From contig CAZDTK010000001.1 of assembly GCA_964508345.1 (NCBI GenBank), positions 49,248 to 113,247 on the forward strand: a stretch of DNA of 64,000 bases. The letters run 5' to 3'. Positions 46,237-55,777 of this stretch are shown here, piece by piece; the first letter of the stretch is position 1, and each line of letters starts with the position of its first letter. The translations under genes were made by a program, and so were the position numbers. The notes under the pieces are model-generated. The model did no database searches. It saw only the letters and a list, made by a program, of their open reading frames with translations, and was not told the origin of the DNA. The DNA is from an uncultured Actinomycetes bacterium (lineage in GTDB: Bacteria; Chloroflexota; Dormibacteria; Aeolococcales; Aeolococcaceae).

Positions 46237-47004
46237 ATGGCCGAGACCACCGAGTCGGTCCGCTCGGAGCGCGACGGAGCCGTCGCCCTCGTCACCATCT
46301 GCCACCCACCGGTCAACGCCATCAGCCGCGCGGTCGCGGCCGGGATCCTGGAGGCGCTGGGCACCGCCGAGGTCGATCCCGAATGCCGCGCGCTCCTCAT
46401 CACCGGGGAGGGGGAGCGCTACTTCTCGGCGGGGGCCGACATCACCGAGTTCCCCACCGGCGGTGACGTGGCCGGATCCGTCGAGGTGACCCGCAGGCTG
46501 GAGGCGTCGCGCCTGCCGGTGCTCGCCGCCGTCAACGGGATCGCCTTCGGGGGTGGCTGCGAGATCGCCCTCGCCTGCGACCTGCGGATCTGCGCCGAGA
46601 CCGCCCGCTTCGGCCAGCCCGAGATCAAGCTCGGCATCATGCCCGGTTGGGGCGGCACCCAGCGGCTGCCCCGGCTCATCGGCCGTGGGCCCGCCCTCGA
46701 GATGCTCCTGACCGGCGACCCCGTCGGTGCCGCCCGCGCGCTCGAATGCGGGCTGGTCACCCGCGTCGTCGCCGCCGAACGTCTCCGCGAGGAGGCCCTG
46801 GAGCTGGCCCGCGTGCTCGCCCAGCGCCCTCCGCTGGCGGTCGCCGCCACCAAGCGGGCGGTGCACAGCGGCCTCGACGGCAGCCTGGAGGCGGGGCTGG
46901 CAGTCGAGCAGGAGGAGTTCACCCGGCTGCTCGGTACCGACGACGCCCGCGAGGGAGTCCTCGCCTTCCTGGAGAAGCGCCCGCCGACATGGCGCGGCCG
47001 GTGA
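46237..47004 (+). CDS. Enoyl-CoA hydratase/isomerase
   Basis: FSAGADI, AFGGGCEIALACD, FGQPEIKLGIMPGWGGTQRL. Confidence 0.95.
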   Translation: MAETTESVRSERDGAVALVTICHPPVNAISRAVAAGILEALGTAEVDPECRALLITGEGERYFSAGADITEFPTGGDVAGSVEVTRRLEASRLPVLAAVNGIAFGGGCEIALACDLRICAETARFGQPEIKLGIMPGWGGTQRLPRLIGRGPALEMLLTGDPVGAARALECGLVTRVVAAERLREEALELARVLAQRPPLAVAATKRAVHSGLDGSLEAGLAVEQEEFTRLLGTDDAREGVLAFLEKRPPTWRGR

Positions 47005-47044
47005 GGCCGGCCGCCCCCCACGCTCTGCGCCGGAGCGGACCCCG

Positions 47045-49294
47045 ATGATCGTCGCGGTCCTCTCGCCCATTGCGATGGTTGCGCTGGCCGGGACCGCATT
47101 CACCCTCAGTGGGCTGAGGTGGCGCCGCCTGGTCGCGCTGATGCGCCTCTCCCGCCGCCCCGACCCCCGTGGCGGCGACATCCGCGGACGCGCGCGCGCC
47201 TTCCTCGCCAACGTCCTGGGCCAGGGACGCCTGCTCCGCTGGCCCTATGCGGGCCTGCTCCACGCGCTCATCTTCTGGGGTTTCCTGGTGCTGCTCACCG
47301 CCATCGCCCAGGCGATCGTCGAAGCCCTGGTCGTCGGTGTGAGGCTGTACACCATCCCCGTCGTGGCGCCGGTGGTGGCCCATCTGCAGGACCTCTTCTG
47401 CGTCCTGGCGCTGACCGGGGTGCTGCTGGCGCTGGTCAACCGGCTGGTGGTCAGGCCGATCCGCTTCCGCGGCAGTCACACCGGCGACGCCCTGCTCATC
47501 CTGGGCTGGATCGCCGCGCTGCTCGTCTGCATGGAGCTGAACTACGCGACGCTGATCGCCGAGCACTCTCCCGAAGCGCTGGCCGCCGACCGGCCCTTCG
47601 CGGCAGCGCTCAGCCGCCTGTTCACGCCGCTCGGCAGTGACAGTCAGGCGCTGGTCGCATTCCACGGCGTGTTCTTCTGGGCGCACCTCTGCCTGGTCTT
47701 CGGGTTCCTCGTCTACCTCGGTTACAGCAAGCATCTGCACATCATCACCGCGCCCTTCAACGTCGTCCTCGCCGAACGCGGCCCCCGGGGCCGGCTCCGT
47801 CCCATCGACATCGACGCGGTGATGTCGGCCGCCGACGAGCGCGACCAGCACTTCGGCGCGGGCGCCCTCGAGCACTTCTCGTGGAAGGACGTGCTCGACC
47901 TCTACACCTGCACCGAATGCGGGCGCTGCCAGTCCCACTGCCCCGCCTACCTGACCGGGAAGGTGCTCTCGCCCAAGACCCTGATCACCGACCTGCGCGA
48001 CGGCTCCTACGAGCGGCTCAAGGGCGGCTACGCCGCCACCCAGCACAGCGCCCATGTCGTCCAGGGGGGCGACGCCGGCGGGAGCCCCGGCCCGGATGGT
48101 GGCGCGATGTGGGCCACCGGCGACGGCGATCGGGGAGCGGTCCATGGCCTCCCGGGCAGCTTCCAGCCCTCCTGGCTCAGCCCCGAGCGGGTGAGCGCGG
48201 CGGTGGCGGCGAACGGCGGCGAGCGCCCCCTGATCGGCGGCCTCATCGACGAGGAGACGCTCTGGGCCTGCACCACCTGCGGCGCGTGCATGGACCAGTG
48301 CCCGGTCTTTATCGAGCACGTCCCCAAGATCGTCGAGATGCGCCGCCATCTCGTGCTCGACGAGTCCCGGATGCCCCGCCAGGCCGAGACCGCGCTGCGC
48401 GCCATCGAGAACGTGGCCAACCCCTACGGGATCTCCCCGCAGAGCCGGGCCGACTGGGCGGCCGGGCTCGGGGTGCCGCTCATCTCCGAGCGGCCCGACG
48501 CCGAGTACCTCTACTGGGTCGGCTGCGCGGTCGCCTACGACGAGCGCGCGCGCAGCATCGCCACCGCCCTGGCTGCCATCCTCCAGGCCGCCGGTGTCGA
48601 CTTCGCCATCCTGGGCAACGAGGAGCGGTGCACCGGCGACCCGGCGCGGCGGATCGGCAACGAGTATCTCTTCCAGGAGCGGGCCCGCCAGAACATCGAG
48701 GTGCTGGGCGGGCACGGCATCCGCCGGATCGTCACCAGCTGTCCTCATTGTTTCAACACCATCGCCAACGAGTACCCCGACCTCGGCGGCAACTACGAGG
48801 TCATCCATCATTCCGTGCTCATCGAGCGGCTGATCACAGAGGGCAGGATCGTTCTGGAGAGGCCGATCGACGAGACGGTCACGTATCACGATTCCTGCTA
48901 CCTGGGGCGCTGGAACGGCGTCTTCGCGCCACCTCGCGACATCCTGGAGCGCATCCCCGGGATGCGCCTGGTGGAGATGAAGCGCAGCCGCCGCGAGGGG
49001 ATGTGCTGCGGCGCCGGTGGGGGCCGGATGTGGATGGAGGAGGGTCGACCGCGCGTCAACCACCGGCGTCTCGATCAGGCCATGGAGACCGAGGCGACCC
49101 GGGTGGCCACGGCCTGCCCCTTCTGCCTCACCATGTTCGACGAGGGGATCGCCGCGCGGCAGGCGGGAGACCGGGTCGCCGTGGACGACATCGCCGTCTA
49201 TGTGGCCCGTTCGATGCGGCTGCCCGCCACCGCCGACCCGACCACTGTGCGATCACCCACGGCCGGGTTGACACCCGGAGAGGGGGAAGGGTAG
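47045..49294 (+). CDS. Membrane Fe-S oxidoreductase (FadF/HdrD-like: TM domain + 2x 4Fe-4S + 2x CCG)
   Basis: YSKHLHI, CTECGRCQSHCP, CTTCGACMDQCP, YWVGC, CTGD, SCPHCF, HDSCY, CCGAGGG, ACPFC. Confidence 0.92.
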   Translation: MIVAVLSPIAMVALAGTAFTLSGLRWRRLVALMRLSRRPDPRGGDIRGRARAFLANVLGQGRLLRWPYAGLLHALIFWGFLVLLTAIAQAIVEALVVGVRLYTIPVVAPVVAHLQDLFCVLALTGVLLALVNRLVVRPIRFRGSHTGDALLILGWIAALLVCMELNYATLIAEHSPEALAADRPFAAALSRLFTPLGSDSQALVAFHGVFFWAHLCLVFGFLVYLGYSKHLHIITAPFNVVLAERGPRGRLRPIDIDAVMSAADERDQHFGAGALEHFSWKDVLDLYTCTECGRCQSHCPAYLTGKVLSPKTLITDLRDGSYERLKGGYAATQHSAHVVQGGDAGGSPGPDGGAMWATGDGDRGAVHGLPGSFQPSWLSPERVSAAVAANGGERPLIGGLIDEETLWACTTCGACMDQCPVFIEHVPKIVEMRRHLVLDESRMPRQAETALRAIENVANPYGISPQSRADWAAGLGVPLISERPDAEYLYWVGCAVAYDERARSIATALAAILQAAGVDFAILGNEERCTGDPARRIGNEYLFQERARQNIEVLGGHGIRRIVTSCPHCFNTIANEYPDLGGNYEVIHHSVLIERLITEGRIVLERPIDETVTYHDSCYLGRWNGVFAPPRDILERIPGMRLVEMKRSRREGMCCGAGGGRMWMEEGRPRVNHRRLDQAMETEATRVATACPFCLTMFDEGIAARQAGDRVAVDDIAVYVARSMRLPATADPTTVRSPTAGLTPGEGEG

Positions 49295-49395
49295 GCTCGG
49301 GGCGCGCGCCGCTGTGGCGCGTCTTTCAAGGTCCTCGTTCGTGCGCGCTCAGGGGGATTGGTGGCCGGTCCTGCGTCCTCGCAGTCTCGTCCGTG

Positions 49396-50478
49396 ATGCA
49401 CGTCCTCGCTGTCGCCGCGAACAAGGGTGGGGTGGGCAAGTCCACCCTTGCCTTCCAGGTCGCCGCCGAGATGGCCCGGCGCGGACTGCGGGTGCTGGCT
49501 GTCGACGCCGACAAGCAGGCCGACCTGACCCGCTATGCGCGCGGTCCGCGCCTGGCCGGACTGGGTCTCGACGCGGTGCTCGCCCACCCGCCCGCCTCCC
49601 TCGACCCCCGTCCGTACATCGGTCCGGTCGGCGACAACCTGGACCTGCTCGGCAGCTCGCCCCAGCTCGCCGACGTGGACCGGGTGCTGGCGGATGCCGA
49701 GGACGGGCCCTTCCTCCTCCTGCGAGCGCTCGGCGTGGTGGCGGAGGGCTACGACTGGACGGTGATCGACACCGGCCACTCCGAGCCGCTCATCGCCGCG
49801 GTGGTGGTGGCCGCCGACCAGCTCCTGCTCCCGACCACGGCGAGCGCCCCCGACGCCCGCCACGCGATGGACATGCTCCAAACCGCGATCCGGGTCCGGC
49901 AGCGGGTGGGTCTCGATACCGACGGTGTCGTGCGCCGTTCCCAGATCGCCATCTGGCGGCGCCAGCACAACGGGATCGCCGACGCCGAGGTCATCGCCTC
50001 TCTCCAGAAGCGGTTCGGCGACCTGGTCTGTCCGGTGATCATCCCCCACAGCTCGCGGATCTCCGAGGCCAACGACGGACGGCTCACCGTCCGCCAGCAC
50101 GCCGAAATGTACGGCACCGGCCGGGATCTGCCGCTCCACGCCGCGGTGCTGGCCTACGCGGCCATCACCGACCATGTGCTCGCGCGGGCCGGGATACCGG
50201 CCCGGCAGGCCTCCTCGGCCGGCGTGCTCGCCGAGATCGACTTCGACAGTCCCGACGTCGGCCAGGTGGCCCTGGCGATCCGCCGGGTCAAGTCGCGACG
50301 GGGCCTCGATGACGACCAGGTCGCCGAGGTGCTGGGCCGGTCGGTCGACTGGGTCCGGCGCACCCTCGCCTACGGCGCCCTGCACCCGGAGGGGGAGGAT
50401 CGCCTCACCATCCGGCGCGAGTCCCGCCGGGTGGCACGCGACCTGGTCGGGTCGGGTCCCTCGGGGTGGCGTCCCTGA
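49396..50478 (+). CDS. ParA/Soj-family ATPase with C-terminal ParB-like HTH
   Basis: NKGGVGKS deviant Walker A, DADKQADLT, VIDTG; C-terminal RRGLDDDQVAEVLGRSVDWVRRTL. Confidence 0.85.
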   Translation: MHVLAVAANKGGVGKSTLAFQVAAEMARRGLRVLAVDADKQADLTRYARGPRLAGLGLDAVLAHPPASLDPRPYIGPVGDNLDLLGSSPQLADVDRVLADAEDGPFLLLRALGVVAEGYDWTVIDTGHSEPLIAAVVVAADQLLLPTTASAPDARHAMDMLQTAIRVRQRVGLDTDGVVRRSQIAIWRRQHNGIADAEVIASLQKRFGDLVCPVIIPHSSRISEANDGRLTVRQHAEMYGTGRDLPLHAAVLAYAAITDHVLARAGIPARQASSAGVLAEIDFDSPDVGQVALAIRRVKSRRGLDDDQVAEVLGRSVDWVRRTLAYGALHPEGEDRLTIRRESRRVARDLVGSGPSGWRP

Positions 50479-51659
50479 ACGGGGCCGAGGCCCCTCGCTT
50501 CACCCGCGACCGGCTGACCTGGCTTGCCTACATCAGCATCTCCGGCTATGCCTTCTACCTCTATGCGCTGGGCCCGGTGCTCGCCTTCCTGCACAAGGAG
50601 CTGCACCTCTCCTACACGTTGACCAGCGTCCACTCCACCGTCTTCTCGGCCGGCGCCGTGATCACCGGTCTGACCTTCGATCTCACCACCCGGCGCTGGG
50701 GCCGCCGGCCCGTCTTCTGGATCTCCGCGGCCGCGACGGCGGCGGGCGCCGTTCTCTTCTTCGCCGGCCACCAGGTCGCGGTCACGCTCCCCGCCGCATT
50801 CGTCCTCGGTGTCGGCTGCACCTACCTGGGTGCGAGCTGCTCGGTGGCGCTCGCCGACCGCCATGGGGTCCAGCGTGACCGGGCCCTGGTCGAGGCCAAC
50901 GTCGGCGCCAGCGGAACCGGGGTGGCGGTGCCCGCGCTGCTCGGTCTGCTCGCCGGCACCGTCCTGGGGTGGCGCTCGGCCCTGCTCCTGCCGGCGCTGA
51001 CCCTGGGAGCGCTGTACGTCGTGCTGGGGCGGGTCAAATTCCCCGCGCCGGCCCTTCCTCTCGCCGCCGCGCGCCACCGTCTGCCCCGGTCCTTCTGGGG
51101 GCCCTGCCTGCTGGTGGCGCTCGCCGTCGCCATCGAGTTCACCGTCATCTTCTACGGCGTCCCCCTGCTGGGGATCAGCGTCGGCCTCTCGACGGCCAGC
51201 TCCGCGGCCGTGCTCAGCCTCTTCATCGCGGGCGAGCTGGGCGGGCGGCTGGCGGGCTCGTGGGTGACCCGGCGGCCGGGGCGGGCGGTGCCGCTGATCG
51301 GCGTGGCCCTGGGGGTCGCCCTGGCCGGCTTCCTGACCCTCTGGCTCGGCCGGGACCTGGCCATCGCCGCCGTGGCCATCTTCGTCACCGGTCTCGGGGT
51401 GGGCAACCTCTACCCGCTCAGCCTGGCCATGGCGCTCGGTGCCGGCGGCGGCAGCACCGACCGGGCGATGGCCAGGACCCAGGTCGCGGTCGGGCTGGCG
51501 ATCGGCACCGCCCCGCTCCTGCTCGGCGTGCTCTCCGACCGGGTGGGGGTGCTCCGGGCGCTGGCCGTCGAGCCCTGCCTCATCGTGATCGCCGCCCTGG
51601 TGCTGCTGGTGGTGGGGCGCTCTCGGCCCCGCGAGGCCGTGGCCGCCCAGGCGGCGTGA
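50466..51659 (+). CDS. MFS transporter
   Basis: About 12 hydrophobic segments; RRWGRRP motif A variant; GVLSDRVG. Confidence 0.88.
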   Translation: MASLNGAEAPRFTRDRLTWLAYISISGYAFYLYALGPVLAFLHKELHLSYTLTSVHSTVFSAGAVITGLTFDLTTRRWGRRPVFWISAAATAAGAVLFFAGHQVAVTLPAAFVLGVGCTYLGASCSVALADRHGVQRDRALVEANVGASGTGVAVPALLGLLAGTVLGWRSALLLPALTLGALYVVLGRVKFPAPALPLAAARHRLPRSFWGPCLLVALAVAIEFTVIFYGVPLLGISVGLSTASSAAVLSLFIAGELGGRLAGSWVTRRPGRAVPLIGVALGVALAGFLTLWLGRDLAIAAVAIFVTGLGVGNLYPLSLAMALGAGGGSTDRAMARTQVAVGLAIGTAPLLLGVLSDRVGVLRALAVEPCLIVIAALVLLVVGRSRPREAVAAQAA

Positions 51660-51684
51660 TGCCGCCGGCCGTCCTCTGCTTCGA

Positions 51685-52899
51685 TCAGTCGGGTGCCGCG
51701 GCCGCAACCCCCGGTTCCGTGCCGGCGGCGACCGGCGTCGGGCCGAAGGCGGCCAGGTACGCGGGGTCGGGCCGCCCCTGGGTGTGGTGGACGTAGGGAA
51801 CCAGCACCCGGGAGACCAGCACCTGGATGGCCGCCGCCACCGGGACTGCGAGCAGGGAGCCCACCAGGCCGGCGAGCGCATAGCCGATCACCAGGGCCAG
51901 CACCACCGCCAGTGCGGGCAGGGCAAGGACCCGGTTCATGACCAGCGGTACGACGGTGTTGGCGTCCAGCAGCTGGACCAGCCCCAGCACCAGCAGCACC
52001 AGCAGGGGGTACTCGGGGGAGACTGTGAAGCCGAGCAGCGCCAGCGGCACGATGCCGAGGAAGGCGCCGACCATGGGGATGGCCGCGGTGATGCCCGCGA
52101 ACAGCCCGAGCAGGACCGGGTCCGGCAGTCGGAGCAGGGCGCAGGCAACGCCGGTCACCACCCCGACCACCAGCATGTTGATGGCCACCGCGCGCAGGTA
52201 GCCCCCCATCCGGTAGCCGATGTCCCCGATCACCTCGGTGACCAGCTCATGGGCGCGCGGCGGGAAGAGGTCGACGACGAACGACTTCAGCCGTCCGCTG
52301 GTGGTGAGCCAGAGGAAGCTGATCACCAGCACCAGGATGAGGTCGGCGAGCACGCCGGCGATCGTCCCCCCGATCGTGAGCAGGTACTGTCCCGCCTGGC
52401 CCAGGGCACCCTCCACCTGGCCGGTGAGCTGGGCGCTGCTGATGCCGAGGTGCTTCTCGAGGGTGGTGATGAAGTGGACCACCGCCCTCTCGTAGCTGGG
52501 GAAGTGGGTGGCCAGGCTCTCGGCCTCGCTCACCACCGGCTGGACCAGCAGCGCCACGATCCCGCCCAGGACCACGAGCAGTGCCAGGAAGACCACGCCG
52601 ATGGCCGCGGCGCGCGGGAGGCGCAGCTCCTGGACCCGATGCACCAGGGGCCGGAGGCCCTCCGCGATGATCACGGCGATCAGGAAGAGGAGCACCAGGT
52701 TCGCGACCTGGGCGAGGACGTAGATGAGGCCGAGGACCGCAAGCACGATGAGCGCGGCCGCCACCAGCGTGCGCACGCGCACCACCGGGTGCACCTCGCG
52801 CCGGTGCTCGTGGGGATGGTCGGCCGCCGGCGCGTGCTCGGCGGGCTTTCCACTCTCGAGCCGGCCCCCCGGCGTCACCGGCTCGGTGGTCTCGGACAC
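51685..52899 (-). CDS. AI-2E (PerM/YhhT) family transporter
   Basis: GGYLRAVAI, AIPMVGAFLG, QLLDANTVVP, GSLLAVPVAA; GTG seven nt after TACGGT. Confidence 0.9.
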   Translation of the reverse strand: MSETTEPVTPGGRLESGKPAEHAPAADHPHEHRREVHPVVRVRTLVAAALIVLAVLGLIYVLAQVANLVLLFLIAVIIAEGLRPLVHRVQELRLPRAAAIGVVFLALLVVLGGIVALLVQPVVSEAESLATHFPSYERAVVHFITTLEKHLGISSAQLTGQVEGALGQAGQYLLTIGGTIAGVLADLILVLVISFLWLTTSGRLKSFVVDLFPPRAHELVTEVIGDIGYRMGGYLRAVAINMLVVGVVTGVACALLRLPDPVLLGLFAGITAAIPMVGAFLGIVPLALLGFTVSPEYPLLVLLVLGLVQLLDANTVVPLVMNRVLALPALAVVLALVIGYALAGLVGSLLAVPVAAAIQVLVSRVLVPYVHHTQGRPDPAYLAAFGPTPVAAGTEPGVAAAAPD

Positions 52900-52939
52900 G
52901 CTGCCAACCGTACCAGGGTGAGCCGGGCACCGATCCCGG

Positions 52940-53608
52940 TCAGAGGCCGGTGAGCCGGACGCCCACCAGGCGGTGGGAGCGCTGATTGATGCTGAGAAGC
53001 AGGACGGTGAGCTGCTCGAGATGGGCGGCATTGCCGAGCCGGCCGGCGTCCACGACCCGGACCCCCGGGATGAGTGCGGCGACCGCGCTCGCCTCCCGCT
53101 TGGCATCCTCGTCGTCGCCACACAGCAGCACGTCCTCGTCCAGCTCCCGATCCAGACGGGAGAGATGGGCGCTGCTCACTGTGTGGAAGCCGGCGACGAT
53201 GCGGCTGCGGGTCAGCAGGCCGGCGGCCTGCTCCGCCGCCGAGCCCTCGGGGACCGTCACCGCCACCGGACCCAGGACGCGGTCGAAGCGGACCGGAACC
53301 GTCGTGCTGACCACGACCCTGCCCTCCAGCGGGGCGGCGAGGCCGGGCAGGAGCTCCGCCTGCACCTCGTAGGGGACGGTGAGGATGGCCAGATCCGCCT
53401 CCGCTGCGGCCTCGGCGTTGCCGGCGCCCCGGATGGCCGCCCCGCCGCCCGCCGCGGCGACCTTGGCGGCGATCTCGCTGGCGCGCTCGGCGGCCCGCCC
53501 GCGATCGCGCGAGCCGATCACGATGGGTCGCCCCGCGCGTGCAAGCCGGAGCGCCAGACCGGGACCGAGGCGGCCGGTGCCGCCGATCAGGGCGATCGTC
53601 TCCGGCAT
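52940..53608 (-). CDS. npdG: NADPH-dependent F420 reductase (F420_oxidored family)
   Basis: IGGTGRLGPGLA, IGSRD, GNAEAA, LTVPY, GSAAEQ, FHTVSS, DAGRL. Confidence 0.8.
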   Translation of the reverse strand: MPETIALIGGTGRLGPGLALRLARAGRPIVIGSRDRGRAAERASEIAAKVAAAGGGAAIRGAGNAEAAAEADLAILTVPYEVQAELLPGLAAPLEGRVVVSTTVPVRFDRVLGPVAVTVPEGSAAEQAAGLLTRSRIVAGFHTVSSAHLSRLDRELDEDVLLCGDDEDAKREASAVAALIPGVRVVDAGRLGNAAHLEQLTVLLLSINQRSHRLVGVRLTGL

Positions 53609-53770
53609 CCGCCCAGTGTAGGAGCGGGACGCGCGACGGCGCCCCAGGTCCGTGGACGCAGCCCGGGCCGCGGCTGCCGGCGAGTGTCGCTCACGCCGGT
53701 TGCCGCGCCCGCTCGGTCAGAATGGGCGTTCCGAGCGGGCCGCAGGTCCCGAGTCCAGGGAGTCACGCAG

Positions 53771-54721
53771 ATGGAGTTTCGTCGTCTCGGCGAGTCCGGC
53801 CTCGAGGTGTCGGTCGTCGGAGTTGGCTGCAACCAGTTCGGTCGCCGGGTCGACGGCCCCGGTGTCGCCCGCATCGTGCACGCGGCCCTGGACGCCGGCG
53901 TGACCCTCTTCGACACCGCCGACGTCTACGCGGCCGGCGAGTCCGAGCGCCTCCTGGGGGCGGCGCTGCGGGGCAACCGCGACTCCGTGATCATCGCCAC
54001 CAAGGTGGGCAGTCCGATGGGCGAGGGACCGTACGCCTCGGGGGCGTCTCGCCGCCACATCCGGAGCGCCGTCGAGCAGAGCCTGCGCCGGCTCAACACC
54101 GACTGGATCGACCTCTACCAGATCCACCTCCCCGACGACGACACGCCCATCGAGGAGACCCTGTCGGTCCTCGATGACCTGGTGCGCGAGGGCAAGGTGC
54201 GCTACATCGGCTGCTCGAACTTCACCGGCTGGCAGATCGCCGACGCCGACTGGACCTCTTACATCCACCACCTCAGCCGCTTCATCAGCGCCCAGAACGA
54301 GTACAGCCTCCTCAACCGCAAGGCGGAGGAGGAGGTGGCGCCGGCCTGCGAGCACTTCGGCCTGGGGCTGATCCCGTACTTCCCGCTGATGCGGGGCCTT
54401 CTCACCGGGCGCTATCGCCGCGGCGAGGAGCCGCCCGAGGGCGGCCGGCTGTCCGGGGAAGCGGGTGAGCCGTTCCTCACCGACGAGAACTTCGACATCG
54501 TCGAGGGTCTCTCCGCCTACGCCCGGCACAAGGGGACCGACCTTCTCGGTGTCGCCATCGGGGGGCTGCTGGGCCAACCCTCGGTGGTCTCGGTGATCGC
54601 CGGGGCGAGCCAGCCTGAGCAGGTGCTGGCCAACGTTCAGGCGGCGGAGTGGGTGCCGACCCCCGAGGACCTCGTCGAGCTGGACGAGATCGCGCCGGCA
54701 CGGAGGCCCGCGGGGCAGTAG
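53771..54721 (+). CDS. Aldo/keto reductase
   Basis: GVGCNQFG, FDTADVY, IATKVG, SLRRLNTDWIDLYQIH, GCSN, QNEYSLL. Confidence 0.95.
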   Translation: MEFRRLGESGLEVSVVGVGCNQFGRRVDGPGVARIVHAALDAGVTLFDTADVYAAGESERLLGAALRGNRDSVIIATKVGSPMGEGPYASGASRRHIRSAVEQSLRRLNTDWIDLYQIHLPDDDTPIEETLSVLDDLVREGKVRYIGCSNFTGWQIADADWTSYIHHLSRFISAQNEYSLLNRKAEEEVAPACEHFGLGLIPYFPLMRGLLTGRYRRGEEPPEGGRLSGEAGEPFLTDENFDIVEGLSAYARHKGTDLLGVAIGGLLGQPSVVSVIAGASQPEQVLANVQAAEWVPTPEDLVELDEIAPARRPAGQ

Positions 54722-55051
54722 CGGGCAGCCCAGCCTGAGCTCGCGCCCGACCTCGCGGCGGGTGCGGGCGCCCGTCGCGGCCAGGTGCCTCGCTCAACCG
54801 CGCCGAGAGAGCCGTTCGGTTCGAGCCCTCCTCGGGCCTGCTCCCCCATCCTGGCGGTCGGGTCGCCGAGCTTCGGCCCCACCGCCGGCGGCACCGGCTA
54901 CTGGCTCCTCCAGGGAGGGTCGTCAGCGGCCCTCCTGTTCGCGCTTCTCATGGTCGCCGCCACGCACCAGCTCTCCATGGCAGGCGGCGGGATCACCACA
55001 CCGAACGCCGCGGCTGCTCACCCCGCCTGACAGACATCGTCGCCCGCGGGT

Positions 55052-55456
55052 TCAGTCGGCCTCTATGAGGCGGGTGCTGGCCGGGGCCGCCGCCGCGAGC
55101 CGGCTGTCCGTCGTCAGTACGGGGCAGACCCGGCGTTGGGCCAGGGTGACGTAGAGGGCGTCGAGGACACGCAGGTTGTCGCGGAAGCCCCACGCTGCCT
55201 CGAGAAGTGGTTGGATCGGGTGGCGCTCGATCGGCGCGGTCGCAACCGCCTTCAGGCAGCGTGAGACGTGGCTCTCACCGGTGATCCCAGCACGGGTCAT
55301 CCTCGCCAGCGCCGAGAGCGCCTCGGCATCGATGTGGCACGGCGCGTGCAGCTGATGACCTTCAAGGGCGGCAGCGACCCGGGGGCCGAGCTCCGGTGAG
55401 ACCAACAGATCCACCAGTGCCGACGCATCAACCACCAGCTCCGGCAGCTCAGTCAA
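55052..55456 (-). CDS. vapC: PIN-domain VapC-type toxin
   Basis: VVDASA, DAEALSAL, LDALYVTLA, LTTDSRL acidic tetrad; TTG start with GAGGAG overlapping antitoxin stop. Confidence 0.88.
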   Translation of the reverse strand: MTELPELVVDASALVDLLVSPELGPRVAAALEGHQLHAPCHIDAEALSALARMTRAGITGESHVSRCLKAVATAPIERHPIQPLLEAAWGFRDNLRVLDALYVTLAQRRVCPVLTTDSRLAAAAPASTRLIEAD

Positions 55457-55676
55457 GACCGAACTCCTCTCGTGCCTGGTGCACCGCGGCAATGACGTCG
55501 TCGTGGCTCACCGGCCGTCCGGACGGCCGAGCGGGGAGTGAGGTGAGCCAGTCCCTCACGCTGCGCAGGTCGAGGTGCTGGCGGATGGCCTCCTGCGTGA
55601 TCGCGGACACGTTGAGCCGCTCGGCGCGAGCGGCGCCGGCGAGGTCGTCGGGGAGGTAGACGGTCATCTTGGCCAT
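55449..55676 (-). CDS. Ribbon-helix-helix antitoxin (CcdA-like/VapB)
   Basis: KMTVYLPDDL, LNVSAITQEAI; immediately upstream of PIN toxin. Confidence 0.85.
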   Translation of the reverse strand: MAKMTVYLPDDLAGAARAERLNVSAITQEAIRQHLDLRSVRDWLTSLPARPSGRPVSHDDVIAAVHQAREEFGLD

Positions 55677-55683
55677 GAATGGA

Positions 55684-55697
55684 AGTATACATATACT
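55684..55697. promoter_or_regulatory. TA operator palindrome overlapping the -10 element
   Basis: AGTATA-CA-TATACT; minus-strand TATACT lies 7 nt before antitoxin ATG. Confidence 0.7.
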
Positions 55698-55777
55698 GAT
55701 ACCTCCTCATTGTCTGCGGGGCTGTGGACGGGCGACCCGCACCGTCCCCTGGATCTCCCCCCGTACACTCGCTGGAC

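Noticed and set aside
49294-49395. parS site upstream of the ParA-like gene
   Set aside because: No match to the TGTTTCACGTGAAACA-type palindrome.
26730-54721. Two DJ-1/PfpI and two aldo/keto reductases as a dedicated carbonyl-detox system
   Set aside because: Scattered, not co-transcribed, and these families are multi-copy in soil bacteria.
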